DNA of 64,000 nucleotides from Neolecta irregularis DAH-3 (Eukaryota), in assembly GCA_001929475.1 (NCBI GenBank), contig LXFE01000243.1, positions 1-64,000 of the forward strand, in the 5' to 3' direction. The notes below the pieces were generated by a model that saw only the letters and a list, made by a program, of their open reading frames with translations, was not told the DNA's origin and made no database searches. A program made the position numbers and the translations under genes. Positions 12,381 to 26,600 of the stretch are shown here, in pieces; positions within the stretch are counted from its first letter, which is position 1; each line of letters begins with the position of its first letter.

Positions 12381-14362
12381 CAGTGGTATTTTTGACCTGA
12401 TTCAAAAACACCGTTGCGATTTCTCGTAATCGCAATCTTTATCAACGATAAAAATGTCGTCCTCAAATTCAAGTGAAATTTGTGACTGATCTTCAGGACA
12501 AACACTGGCCACGGATGATGATGATGACGACTGCAATCTTTGTAAGTATCTTGTACTTTGCAAGTAAGCTTAATCCTACAATAGCCATAACCATCAGCAT
12601 ACATTCGCAGATCAAAAAACTGAATTAAATCCACCTTACCTCAGTCATAAAGCCGGGGTATGTTAGCAGTGTGTCCAATAATAACGGGGAATGAAATGAA
12701 AAAGGTGGAATAGGAGACAAATATGTGTTCCGTCGTGGATTGAAGGAATCTCAGGAGGACAATTTAAATGATCTCTCTAGTCCTTGATTCATACCAAGCT
12801 ATTCTCTAGTCCCGGCTTGATTGTTTGTCAACAAATAACAGAATACTTCGCTGGCCAACATCCCATAGACGAATTAAATTCTTCCCGGAGCTTATCGTTT
12901 ACCCCCCAATCCATCACAAAACTCGTTAAATTACTCGTTTTAAGAAACGCGACTGGACCCGCCAATCTTCCGAAACAGTTTCATTCATCTCATTGCCATT
13001 GTTCCATTGTCTTTGCCAAGTGAAGACTACAATGCAAATTATCAAATTAAGAAGGTATCAGCGATTTACCAATGACATTCACCTTTTCGATGGATTTGTC
13101 TGCTTATCATCCTTTGTTATTCTTGTGAAACCACCGTTAACGTAGAACTTGACTTTGATATGTAACTAGCGCTGTACGCGAATCACGATAGTGTTTCAAT
13201 TTCCACTTTGGTCGGGATGATTATTAACATCTCGTCTTCGCAGAACAGCCTCAAGAACGTGACCAACCCCATTTGTGTTCATAATTTAAGAGGATCGTTA
13301 TTGGAAAGCGATAGAACACAAGGGGGGTTTGCTGAGAATTTAATTTCAAGGTGCTTTTCATGAGCTAGTCCGACCCTGCTAGGGAGGGCAAGGACATATT
13401 TCACTGAAACTTGTCAAGCCCGCGACGCTATAATAACTCCCTCGAAAAACTGTCGGGACCATTTTTGGAGTTTGAGATCTCAAGATCAGGATCTATTTGG
13501 GGAAAGAAAAGTATAACTGCAAAGGTCGCGTAGGGGTTGGCACAAGAATATAGCCTATCTGATGAAAGGTGATAGTTTGTTACAGGTGAGAGAGGTGAGG
13601 TACGCAGATTATAGTTTTGCATATAGCGCCAATTCTGAAATATTAGAATGTCGCAATGATACTAGGTGTTTGAATGAGGGGAATTTTTGTTGAACTTGTA
13701 GAAGCTGGACAAGTTGAAGTGATTTTCATATTACCTGTCGTTTGAGAGAACTGTCTGACTATTTATATTCTCTCCCAGAACGTAAGGCCGTGAAAAAGAG
13801 ACACGAAAAGGATGGAAAATGTAACACTAAAAACCTGGAAAATAATGCCTGAAGTTCTATACTCTGTGAGTAAGAATTCGTTTTTGTAATAGGTTGGACG
13901 CGCAGGATCTTGCTATGTCGTTTACTGAGGTCATTTTAACGACGATCAGGAGACGGAATTTCCAGACCGCAAGTCGTGGGGGGGAGGGGGGGGCGTCCAT
14001 GCCTTGAAGCCGCGAGAATAGGTCTTTAAAATGGGATCTCGAGGTGAGAATATCGGAAATGAATGACCCAGATCGAAAGGCTGGCTGCTGGGGAAGTACA
14101 TTCATTAATATTGATGCGTGTCTAGCATCTTGTACAACAGTAGCATGAAAATCTTGCGAGATTCGCTTGCTTTTGTATTATCGCTCTTCACAGAGCCAAA
14201 CGCTGTATCCACATGCCAGTAGTCCACTCAATGTCGTCAATTCTAGTCATTCATTGCTCCTTCTAACTTTTAGTTTTCGCCTGGAGGAATTCACTTACTC
14301 TATAATGAGGGTCTATCCTCTTCCGTTCTGTTATACCATAAATGTTATCAGTCCTCTTGCAA

Positions 14363-14916
14363 TCAATCTTCTTCCATGATAAATGGCAGTGCCGCGTTTT
14401 CATTATCTGCCTTTTCAGTATCGCGATTTTCATTGACTGCAGCGGTTGTTTCCCCATTCCCAAGGTGCCATTTAATCACATCAAGTAACCACTCTACACT
14501 CTCATCATTAAACCGAGCATCGATTTCTTCAATGATCGCATGTATTTCAGGAGCAGACGTAGGCCTAGTATTGATAATCATAAGTTTCTCTGCTTTCGTC
14601 AGCTGTATATGTCGTAGTTCTGCTAGAATTCCAACGATGGCACGGGGTGACTGTGTTGCGGCTGGCTGAATTTTCAGGTAATGCATCAACTATTCACATT
14701 AATCCCCTGGGTTTCAGTTGAAATTGCCTCAAACTGGATCGTCCGTAGGTTTTGACTGGATAGATTGGCGGCTACTCCTTTCACATGGGCTGTATCGCTT
14801 TGCTTTCCTTCGATTTGTTTCAAGTGATCAAATACTTCGTAATTCGAGAGAAATGCTTCCCTTGAATTCAGTATCTTGAAAATAAGTATTCTGGAACAAG
14901 AACTTTCAACCTTCAT
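14363..14916 (-). CDS. RPC17: RNA polymerase III subunit C17 (RPC9)
   Basis: MK|ILNSREAFLSNYEVFDHL...NLRTIQFE|LMHYL...LTKAEKLMIINTRPTS..EIHAIIEEIDARF; second intron 14727-14690 is GC-AG. Confidence 0.93.
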
Positions 14917-15149
14917 ATGGCAATGTTAGATGGCAGTAAAATATGTCGAGATGGGGTGGAACAGTCAACCTTGATTTACCACGATCTCATACTCGTGACT
15001 GTTTCGCCTCAAAATTTTCAAGGCAGATGTATTTCCAATTGGAAGGATTCCATCTCTTTTCCGTTGTATATTCTTACTCAAACTTTTCTTAGAATAGCCT
15101 GTGCTGATACTGGAACAAGCTGAGATCGTTACGTCAAAATTGCTGATTA

Positions 15150-15284
15150 AGCTCAGCGCCGATTTAACCGATGCCCCCCTAAACCCGACACAATATATGG
15201 GATTCTTATTATATATTTATATTGTGTCGGGTTTAGGATATTATGACGGGTTTAGGGGGGTGTCGGTTAAATCGGCGCTGGGCT
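15150..15284. mobile_element. Small fold-back MITE
   Basis: Long imperfect TIRs AGC(T/C)CAGCGCCGATTTAACCGA...CCTAAACCCG, flanked by TA on both sides (15148-49, 15285-86). Confidence 0.7.
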
Positions 15285-15438
15285 TATGTAGTGGTCCAAT
15301 GTAGACTTATCCGGCAATACGCTAATTTGGCTTCAATGGCCAAACAGCCAAAAGATATGAAAGCACGTTCTGTGGTAGACTCTAGCGCAGGCTGCATCTT
15401 GATAAAAAAAATCGCTACCGAGCGGCGAAAATGAAATC

Positions 15439-15924
15439 TGTTCCACGCGAATAAAAAGATCCGCGAATAAAAGAATCCGCGAAATAACCACCGCCACGGC
15501 GCCACCACTCCAACGCTTTGCTTATACCCACCAAGATGCCTGTTATCCGTGATCCACCTCTAAGAGAACCAGCAACACTATTCACAGATAAGAGTATTAA
15601 AGCATTTGAGCGGCCAATTCGAAGAGACCAATCCTTTTTGATCAACTACGGTACAATCACTACAAGAACTATACAATTCCCACAAGAGCCTATTCCGAAT
15701 AAGCAGGAGATTGGTAAGGAAGAGTATAAATTTCAACACCATGAGAGATACCAGGCAAAAACCAGGTACCGAATTAACAATGAAGGCTACCTTTTATGTC
15801 TTTCAGCAGCAAACAAAACCCAGTCAAGTGATACAATTCAGGTTTAGGCATCTTGGTGGGTATAAGCAAAGCGTTGGAGTGGTGGCGGTGGTTATTTCGC
15901 GGATTTTTTTATTCGCGCGGAACA
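15439..15924. mobile_element. Inverted-repeat element enclosing a truncated transposase-like N-terminal ORF
   Basis: Arms 15439-15541 and 15846-15924 with a perfect 42-bp core; internal ORF MPVIRDPPLREPATLFTDKSIKAF... starts inside the left arm. Confidence 0.6.
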
Positions 15925-16993
15925 AATCACATGTTAATTAATTAACCCAATCGTATTTGTTTTTCCTCGTGATAACAAAATAACTCCCACAACAGTTCGA
16001 CTGGGTTAACGCCATTTGAATTGGTATATGGGTGCCGTCCAGTATGACCTTGGCAATCATTGCTCTCTTTAATTGACCATTTGAAAGATTAATATTGCTA
16101 TTATCTAGCAAGCGCGTAAGGTTAAGCTTTTTGGAAGTCTCGTCGAGTTCCTATATGTCCGATCGTCCACTAGAAGCCAATCGTGGAGAAAAAGTTATCC
16201 TTTAGGAATGATTCATATCGATCAGTCCCCTGACGATTTGGAATCTGAAGAGACAAGCTTGATGGCATCGCTCGGCCATACTTTTTTCTTTCAAAATGCT
16301 TACGAGATATTCCCTTCAATTCGATATTGTCCTTTAAGTAAGGTAGATTTTCCCGCTCCAGAAGGACCCTGAATGGCCCTTGTTTAAACGGGCATATAAT
16401 CCTGAAGAATACACCAGGTTTGTCCATCTTCCAGATTTCAACTGAATCTCCTAAATATAGGGTCTACCTACATCCACCATATTCATAACATGGGATCCAA
16501 GCATGAGAAATTCGTTTCAGCGATTTATATGTTTTTCCGATGCTAGTATATTTATCGGCTTCCTCACGTTAATTGGGAAATGTATTACCAAGTGTGGTAG
16601 CACGCTCGTTGCTTCTATTCATATTCGCAACAAGGATGGCCAAAGCGAGAGACTGCTTTTGCGTTCTGGTTAAAAAAAATAAAAGGAAAATTTCAGTGAC
16701 AAAATCAAATACTTTTGCTGAGGAAGGATGCGTTTGGCGGCGATTGCATTTCTAATAACAAAGTTTAGGAAGGCGATATATTCGAGAGCCAGACACAGAT
16801 GGTATAGATTTCCTTTAGTGAGTGATGACAATTCCATTGGTTCGTCAAACACCTTTGGTCTGTTCCATTATAAGTTCAGAAAATCTGGGAGTAAAATTTT
16901 AACTACAAATATCCCCAAACTAGATGAATAGTCCATACTCGCTAGAATACAAAGCAAGTAAAACGCAGAAAACAGAGTCTAGAATAAAATCGA

Positions 16994-19900
16994 CTACGGA
17001 CTAGGAGGAGCATAGGCAGGACTAGCAGGCTCATCACCCCATCCTCCAGGTGTCTTTACAGTTTGTCCAGTCGGACCTGGCGTTGGAGCAATGTCCCAGG
17101 GTGCAGGAGTATAGGCAGGCGAAACAGCACCACCCCACTGGAAAATCAGTATCAAATACAGGTCGAAGCAAGTTACCGAAGCACCAGGTGTAGGAGCAGC
17201 CCACTCATTTGCAGGGGGAGCGGTTGGTGGAGCAGGATTTTGTTGAGATGTATCTCCTAATCCACTTTGAGATGAGGTGTTCAAGGCAGTGTTTCCCCAG
17301 CTCTCATGACTTGGTGCTGGAGCATCATTAGTCCAACCATCCCTTTTAGGAGTTGTGGCAGTTGCTGAAGTTCCCCATCCGTTGTTGATATCAGAAACCG
17401 TTTGACCGGAGGGAGTCGGTCCCCATGCAGGCGTCCGACTTCCACTGTTCCATGCAGGAGTCTGGTTTCCAACACCATGGGCAGGTGTTCGAGATCCTGA
17501 GTCCCAGGCGCTATGAGCAGGTGTGGCACTAAACTGTGAAGTCTTTTCCAAGAGCTGCTCACCTTCCGGAATTCCAAGCGGGTGTAGCATTTCCAGACTT
17601 CCATGATGGGGTTGTATTTCCAGCCGCTCCGTTCCAAGCTGGTGTACGACTACCCGCCCAAGCCGGTGTTCTAATATCTTGTCAGCGTCTCCAAAAGTTT
17701 GAACTATGAACCTTGCGTCGCTTCCTCCTGTACCTCCACCCCAGGCCGGTGTTCGTACTCCCCAAGCCGGCGTTTTGGACCCGGAGGCTCGAGCATTCTG
17801 CGCCCAAGCTGGTGCGTTACTATCAGAAGGCCCTGATCCAAACTGATCGCCCCGGCCTGGTCTCATGCCCTTTGATTGAGCGAGGAAATCGAAGTAAGAC
17901 ATGACATCTCCATTCCGACTAAGTGTCAGTATATCATCACTGGAGTGGTATACTCAGTGAATGATAATTTTTGCTTGTCAATAGTGATTGTTTTCGCCGA
18001 TGTATGCAACTCGACTCGCGCACTCTGATCAGTGGTATCCTTTATAATCCCTAAAAGCCCTTTCTGTGGGCCCTGTCGTATACGAACAGTCTCTCCGATA
18101 CATTTATCCCGACCAATCATCTTCGGCATTGCGTTGGGTTTTTTGAAGTCTCCAGAACTAGCATTGATCCTCCCATTCTTACCCATGATAGTTTGCAAAT
18201 TCCTGATATTACAAACGAACACACCAGAATTCTGATGATAATCTCTATTTGATAAAAACGCAGTTCCCCTATGGATATGTAGAATGGTTCCTTGACGAAG
18301 TTCGCCATCAGCTTCGCGAACTGTATCGCCGACACGTATTTCAGAATTCTCTCTATCCATTGCGACGGCTTTTTTGTGAGGAATAAGTTTGAGTTTATGG
18401 GATATTGGGAAAGTCTGGATGGAACCAGTTTGGTCGATTACTTTTACTGCGTTATTGTCAGATTTAATGACCACACCGACTGAAGTGACACAGGGGAATA
18501 AGTAGTGGGATATAAAGGATGCATACTTCAGTTCAACAAGATCGTGCAGATCAAGACTGTTTAATTTGATACCGGCAGTGTCCGTAGCTTCCCCAAGATG
18601 CTTTGAGAGCACCACAATCTCTTCAGTGGTTGTATCCGTTAGTAACGTAACTTGAGCATCCCGGACACGAATCACCATTCCCGTAGTGTCCTTGTGTTTT
18701 CCAGCGATTACTTTAACGTGATCACCCTGAGAAAACTGCTTTCGAAGATTCTTAGGTGGAACTGTAGTTCTGCTACCGCGTAACTGATCGGAAGCAATGA
18801 TTACCACCACATTTTGATCAATACTACTTTGGACTTTACCAATAAGACCTTTCTGTTCACCCTCTGTAATCTGAACTGTATCTCCAACCTGAAATATAGA
18901 TGTATCTGCAGCTTTGAGGTTCTGCACAAGTGCATTGAGCGATTCTTCTACAATTGGTAAGAAGATTGAGAAAGTAGCCAAGCGCGCCTTGATTGCCATT
19001 CCGATCTGGCGCAAAGAGTTCGAGCTCTTCGATACGTGGAACAATTCCCTCGATGGTCAAAGCGGCGACCTTGATATCTTTGAACAGAAAACCATCTTCA
19101 TACTCATCACCTTGAAGAACAAATGAATTATTCGAACGCCGTTGAATTGAACGGTCCGGAAGTTTCCTCGTTATCAGTATATAGGTACGGAATGGAATAT
19201 ACGCAGCTTCATGTTCATTTAGCAGTTTTGCTTTCGGACGGTTTTTAGGAGTATAAGCCTTCTTTCGTCTTTTTCCATCGGCCGAGATGACATATATGCT
19301 ATCCATATCCGTTCGTGGAACGATTTTGACCCTAGCTGATAAAGCGTCTTCCGAAATATTTTCGACCAATCCAAGATCCCCAGCATATATCCCACGTTTT
19401 ATTCGAACCCATGAATTTGGCTGCAATTCGACATTGTTAGCTTTCACTCTCATGAGGTCCATCATCTCGTTGATAGCAACTAGCTGTATACGGGTTCCAA
19501 AAAAGCCGGTGATACCATTGATAGCCTATATGGTAAGTTTTCTCTTCAAGAGAAGTAAATACTTCATCAACATAAGCTTTTTTCCGGCTTTCAAAATAGA
19601 TATATTCGTGCAGAGCATCCCGCTGAAAACACGATATGATGCTCAACTTGTTCGCTCCTTCCTGCAACCTGAAAGCTCTTTCCAAGATCTTGTACACAAG
19701 GTCTTTCTCCGTACCACGTCGACATCTTACTGCCCAAATGCTCGCATCCTCTACAGATGGAATTAATAAACGTTTGGAGACAACCGCTGCATCTCCACGA
19801 TACTTTCCCGTCATGTTCCGACCGTATCGCTGTTGAAATTTGGCAGCCATAGCTTCCGCATCATCATCTTCGATTTGTTCACGTTGGCGATCCAAATCTC

Positions 19901-20288
19901 TATGTCGGCGATCATCACGCTCGATCTCTTCGATTTCGAGATCTTCTTTCTGCAGAAATCCATCTTCTATGCCCTCCTCGTCCTCTTCGTCGATTTCGTC
20001 TTCGTCGTCGTCGACATCAGCCATAATGTCTACAAACTGGTTTACTCCTCGCATTCGTTTCCTACGACGACGCTGCAGATATTAGATCCGTCAGATACTT
20101 GACCCATTGCATACGGCTCTTCCCACTCCCTCCTCCTGACCATCGTCCTCTTCCTCATCGTCTAGATCTTCATCATCCGAAGGATCATCCTCGGGCGCTC
20201 TCTTGCGCGGTTTCTGCGAATCGATATCGTCCCCTTCTTCTTCCATCTCGTCCATCTCATCCACGATCTGCGAATCCCCATGGAACAT
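16994..20288 (-). CDS. SPT5: Transcription elongation factor Spt5
   Basis: Acidic N-terminus, LLIPSVEDASIWAVRC (NGN domain), multiple KOW motifs (WVRIKRGIYAGDLG, FSQGDHVKVIAGKH), C-terminal TPAW repeats. Confidence 0.97.
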
Positions 20289-20916
20289 TGCTGACCAAGG
20301 CCGTATCTGATTTTGAGCGTTTCGCTGGTTAGCAGAATTATGCGGTGCTCTTTGAAGACATCTGCTATAGGCGTCGGCTATTAAATCCTCAACGACAGAT
20401 ACATCACAAATATTAGTTTTCTGAAATAAATGAAATTCAAACAAATCTAGAGGTATGCAATGTTCAACTTGCCTCGTAGCAGAGTCGAACTTCGAGGTCT
20501 AAATTATCCTCGATTTGTCGCCTCACCTCAAAGCCCATAAATTCCGTTGGACAGTATCTGACTTGAAAAAAAGAAGAGATTCCATACCCGAAAGATGTTC
20601 CAAGAAGTTATGAACAGTATGCTTGAGTCAATGCCCTCAGCTAATGGATGAATCATATGTTAATTTTCTTTTCAGCTTTGATAGTTTCCAGAAGTTATCA
20701 GGTCCACTCCTTACAATGTTTTTCAACTATTGCGCTTCATGACTCTCCTAACCATTCAAAATAATTTTTATATCTGAAATCAAGAATACACATAGCTAAA
20801 ACTTCTTACAATAACGAGATGGTTTGCCATAGCAGGCAATCTTGGAAAATATCGACATTTTGTTGACAACATATTTAGAGGGTTTTCACACAAGGTTTTT
20901 CATCCACACCCAGCGG

Positions 20917-23041
20917 CTAGGTCGCATGATTTATCTTTTCACTTTTGGCGTCTTCTTTCTTTTTCCTTCTCCATCGTTCATCTTCAGGGTTAAACCCACC
21001 CATCCCGAAAACAGCCCACGCAGGAGTCGGTGACATATAGTCTTCTGGTCCGAACTCTTCACCACTTTCGATCAGCTCAAAGAATCGATCGTAGTTGATC
21101 CACGTATGCCAGACTCCATCGACACTGAATTCTTTCCGGGCAACGAGAATACAATTCGAATGTTCATGTTCCGCTGCAATTCCATAACTTGGACCAAGAT
21201 AAGATACGAGTTTCTCCGTAAAGGTCACCACTTCGTCGAAATATGGGACATTGGACATCGTGAGATTTGATTGATCGGAATTTCCACAATATGTCACTCC
21301 TAGACAGTTAACTTGGTATGTAAGAAAACAATACCCTTAATCTCGATGAAACATGGCTTTCCTCTCTTTACAAGTTCCGCGTATTCACCGATCTCGCGGA
21401 CATTATAGCCCTTAACCAACGTCAAGCGATAAATGGTGCGCTGACGCTTTGTTGAAAGAATATCAAGACATTTCAGGAAGCGCTCCCAAAAGTCCTTGAA
21501 CAAGGGTCGATCAACTGCTTTCAGAGACTCCTTAGTTGAAGCGTCAATCGAGACATAGAGTTGTGTCACTTGACCCATTCTGGCCATTGCGTCTGGATGT
21601 TGAGCATTTGTGACGAGGAAAGAGGATATATGCCGTTCGTGGAGCATGGAGACAAACTCGTTGATGTGTGGATCTAAGAAATATCAGCAAGGGTCTGAAA
21701 TGCAGCATACAAAAGATAGGTTCCCCGACAAGACTCAAAGCGCAGTGTTTAATTGTCTGTGCTTCTTCGAATCGATCAAGACGAAGACCGGGTACGCCTT
21801 TCATCTGGAGATAAGTCAAGCCTGCAAGCAACGGAAAGTCACTGTTTTGATCTTTTCCAAATGTCCTTTAATCGCTCCTTCAAGGATGACTGCGGGTGGG
21901 TCAATTTTCCATCTCCAGCTCGTTCCAACCGGATTTGTTCCATGTCTCCAACAAAATACGCATTTATTCGCACAAGCTAGACTAGGCGTGGTCTCCATAC
22001 TGTAAGATCAGAGTCAATTTTCTGAAGTTCATACCAATTATGACTTCTGATACCATAGAAACTGAATTTGTAACAACTTCCACGTCCTCTAAGTGCAGAT
22101 TTGGTCCATCGACAAATCTTAACACCGGAGTGCGTGCCAACGATTTTGTAACCTTGCTTAGTAAGAGCGTTATATGTTGGCGAATCCTTGGAAACCATCT
22201 CCTTGACACCAGGTGCTCGAGAAATTTTCATAATGGCTCCCATGTCTTCAAGATCTGCTATTGAATTTGAAGGTGGGGCATCCTCCTCGGAGTCAGATGG
22301 TGAGTCATCAGGCGTAAGATCTGGGCTCTCTAGAAGGAGATCATGTAAAACAGTAGCCCACTTTTCTATACTTCCTTGAGCGTCTAGAGTGTTAGTCTTT
22401 AATATAGATCAAGTCATACCAACCCTGATATCTCCGCATTGAACTTTCAATAGCCTTCTCGCGCCTAACTTCCCCATCAATTTATCTGCTTCTTTCGCCT
22501 GGTAACAAAATTCGTGAGCATAATCTCCATCACCGATTCCAAAAACAGCAAAATTCACCTTTAGAAGGGGATTTTTTCCGACTCGGAAGTCATGGTAAAT
22601 ATCCCTCAATGTCGACAGTAAATAATCTAGTGGTGATTGAGTATTGTAGGACGGAACAATCAAAAGGTAGGTAGAGTCTTTTGCGGGATTGGAGAAATAC
22701 TCATCGAGCCCAGGGAGATAGTCGATGTTATGTAAATGATGACCATAGGGTAAAATCGGCACGATGGACTGGGCGAAGCGCTCTGTAGATCCGTTCAAGG
22801 AGCTGTAAAATATATGCAATACTGAATTCTCAGTTAACTTGACTGGCTTTTGCGGAATTTTCTTCTTCTGGCCCACGACAAGCGATCCCTTGATCTTCCT
22901 TTTAATCTTTTTCTCGAAAATATTGGCCGGTATTTCTCTGGTAAAATCTGCTCCACATGTGATAGCTGTAAAAAGTAGAATGAAATACAGAACGGCGAAT
23001 CGCAGATCACCCCATACAGCTGCAACCAGAACGCCAAGCAT
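20917..23041 (-). CDS. TYW1: tRNA wybutosine-synthesizing protein 1 (flavodoxin + radical SAM)
   Basis: Flavodoxin FAVFGIGD; LTKQGYKIVGTHSGVKICRWTK; TPSLACANKCVFCWRH; HCALSLVGEP; EHEHSNC. Confidence 0.96.
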
Positions 23042-23602
23042 GTTGTCGAAGTAATTATATCGGGCACGTGTGCGGTTGGAGTCATCAAAAGTAAACTGGA
23101 GGCGCCTCCCCTGCCCCCGCACCTTTAAAACTGCCTTTCTACAACCACGCCAAATATCTGACAATGTCCTCTCACGGCGGAAGGAGATTTGTTCTGTATT
23201 TAAACAGACTTTAATTGGAAGATTGATGCCTAGATTTGCAGCTCCCCTCTTGACAGGATGGGTTGTGTATTCAATGACCAAGACGAAGCCCGAAAGAGTG
23301 CCCGTGGATGGGGAGGAGATTGCATTAAGAGGAGTAATTTACTCCATAAATAGACGGTGAGCTGATATCATTAGGTCGACAGAAGTGGAGGAGGCGTCTA
23401 GCTGAGACTGACGCGAAGGAAATTAAACCAAAGCGACCCTTAGATCGAATCCATACGAATAACCCATCCTATTGTTACAAACAAAAAGTTGCCTTTGACC
23501 TAAAGGCACACTTTACATCGAAACGAAAATTCATAAAATCTTTTTAAACAGCGACATCTCTACATCTACAGTTTTTCTAAAAGGAAAAAGAGGTGTAGTG
23601 AT

Positions 23603-26600
23603 TTATACCATGGGTCCCATGACCAATGCAAGCAGCGCCATGCGGATATAAAGCCCGTATTTTGCCTGTACAATTTGTCAGCAGTGTGAATAATAGGACA
23701 CATACCTGTCGAAAATACGCAGCCCGTTGATCAAAATCAACCTCCTCCGCAATCTCATTGATCCGAGGGAGAGGGTGCATCACAATCATATGATCCTTCG
23801 CACTCTTCAAAACATTGTTATCAACAATGAATGAATTTTTCAGTTGTTCATACTCAGCCCTATCTGAGAACCGTTCACCTTGAACTCGAGTACAGTAGAG
23901 AACATCAGTTTGAGCAATCACCGAATCATCCATTGTGACATATTGACTGACTTTGATATTAGATGGAACACTGTTGAGAAGCTCAGCTGGAAGAGAAAGC
24001 TGAGGTGGTGAAATGAGATTTATGGAAACCTGATAGAATCCGAGAAGTTTTACCAATGAGTGGACCGTCCGACCATATTTCAGATCGCCAACAAACGTGA
24101 TAGTAAGGGCGTTAACGCTGCCCAATTCTTCCCTGATGGTAAACAAATCTAGGAAAGCCTGGAAGGTTAGTGTCTATAGTTTTAATCTACATGCTTGAGT
24201 TGGATGCTCCAAGCTTCCATTTCCGCCATTGATAACAGGGACCAATGAGGCTTTGGCAGCTTCAGCTGCCGAGTCTTCGCTTGGGTGTCTCAATACTATT
24301 GCATCCCCATAACATCCCAAAGTTCTTATTGTATCTCGGAGCGTTTCTCCTTTGCTGACAGAACTTGATTCTGCAGAGATGGCGACAACCCGCCCGCCAA
24401 GCCTTTGCATCGCAGCGTCAAACGAAGAACTTGTCCGCGTAGATGGTTCGTAGAATATAGTACAGAGAACTCTGCCTTTCAGGATATCCAAAACACCTTC
24501 TCGTTCGACGGCTAATCGCAGTTCACTCGCAATTGTAAAGAGAAGATGGAGATCTTGCCTTTGAAATTGCGTGACTGAAAGAATGTGCTGATTTCTGAAC
24601 TGCGTTTCTGTGATTCTTCTCGCTAATGTAGATGGCTCTTTGTTGCTTCGGATGGGTGTGAAGGCGGGCTTCAGTTCAGGATGGTGATTTATTGGACTGG
24701 TGGGGAATCTCGATCCAGTCGTAGCAGTCCCTGGACGACTCAATACCAGCACAGTTGAGGAGTGATTAGCTCCATTATCACCTGAAGACCAAGACTGCCC
24801 ATTGAGGTAAACGGTTTTACTAGCGAAGGTCATCCGGCTGACAGTCCCACAAAGGATCTGTCCATTGAAGGGTGACCATGTTGAGCTCTGTACTAGAGTC
24901 CTTCGATCAACTTCGATTTCAACGAATGTTTTAATCTGTTCATGAAGACGGAAAATTTGTTTTGGATTCGTATAGAACCGCAAGACAATATCGTCGATGG
25001 TCAGTTTCTTTTCTGAAACCGCTGTAAAAAGAAGCGGTAAAACATCTGAAATTCCAACATCCGCAGCGACATTTTTTCCACTCTGGTAACCGACGAGATA
25101 AGGGAGACTGCCGATGCTGAAACAATCAATATCTTTCAAATGCTTCCAAAGACTATCCTGATCTGCTTTCGTGGGCAAGCATATGGCTTTAGGGTATTCT
25201 TCTTGGCTTAAGAACAAAGAGTAAACAGCGATATCGCAAGTAACTTTTAAACCTTTTTCTTTTGAGAGAGAAATGAGATTTATGTCATCTCTCGTGGAGA
25301 CATTAGTAACGTGGATTGGTCGATTATGGAGACTTGCGAGCAACAAAATCGATGCCAGGTCTGTCGTCTTCGCGTCCGTAACGATAGGTTTTATGGAAGG
25401 CCATTCATTGAAATGAGAAGCAACGGCAGCAATTTTATTGATATTCCCAAAGTTTTTGAACGGGATGAACAGCGAGCTAACATCTGAGGTGATTTCGTGG
25501 AGCTTCTTTGCGTTGTCTGGAGTAGCTGCAATTGAAAGATTAAAATCGCAGTGAGCTCTCTCACGACTGTTGGCCAGAGAAGTTTCCATTCCGAGGTTAT
25601 CGGTAACTGGATCGTTTAGCCCGACTGGCATTACTCGAATCATGCTGAAACCAGATTCAATAGATTTCTTCGTAACTTGCTCGAAGCTTGGATCGTTTGG
25701 CTTCCCGATTCCGGGGACAAAAGCTGCAATATTGATAAACCCTGGCAATGTTATCGCTCGATAACTGGATTTCATATCTCGTTCTGAGACTTCTAGCTCC
25801 ATATTTCTAGAAAGCGCCTCAATCAACAACTTGGCGCATTTCACATCTGTGACTAGAGGAATTGAATAATCCACAGCGAGTCGTCGGCTTCGATAACCAG
25901 AACTCATATAACTAGCTGGTCTTCGGAACCGATTGTTGGATGGCAAGTTAATGTACAACTCGATCAAATTTTTCGCGAGTGCTTGTGTCAAAGAATACTC
26001 AGACTTCTGGCCGCTTTCTCCATCTGGAAGGGCTTCGAGATAGGAAACTGGGATTCCATGTTCTTGAATAAAGTCAGTGGTCCCGGCTGTGGCAAACAGG
26101 CTGAATCCAAGGGCATGTAGTTTCTTAACAGCAGGGAGCAGCTCCATTTTCTCTTTGAAACTCCCAATCGATAGAAGAATATTTTTTTTCGGAAGTCGAA
26201 GACCAGTCGAGATAAGGGCTTTCAGATATGCCTCGTATTTGTCATGTCCAAAACAAGCAACTTCTCCAGTCGAAGCCATTTCCACTCCGAGGACTGGATC
26301 GGCACCAGATAAACGGCTGAAACTGAACTGAGGGACTTTGACAGCGACATAATCCTGAGGAATGTTGAGACTCGGGTAAGCCTCGACGGGTGCACCGATG
26401 ATAGCCAATGTGGCCATTTCAATCAAATCAATACCAATAACTTTCGATACGAAAGGGAAAGAACGAGCTGCTCGGACATTACATTCAATCACTTTAATCT
26501 CATTATCCTTGGCGATAAACTGAATGTTAAAGGGTCCAGTAACGTTGAGGGCATTAGCAATCTTTGAAGCAGCGTCTTCGATTCTCGAAACCGTCTCGGG

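Noticed and set aside
12780-14105. Possible decayed minus-strand gene with MATH/BTB-like words (WGWSR, VKFYVNG)
   Set aside because: Fragments are too short and broken to support a call without a search.
16170-16852. Short minus-strand ORFs that may form a spliced orphan gene
   Set aside because: No consistent exon chain or family motif could be established.
17000-17900. TPAW tandem repeats
   Set aside because: Known Spt5 C-terminal repeat.
24800-25760. URA2 dihydroorotase domain lacking catalytic histidines
   Set aside because: An inactive DHO-like domain is the normal state of fungal URA2.
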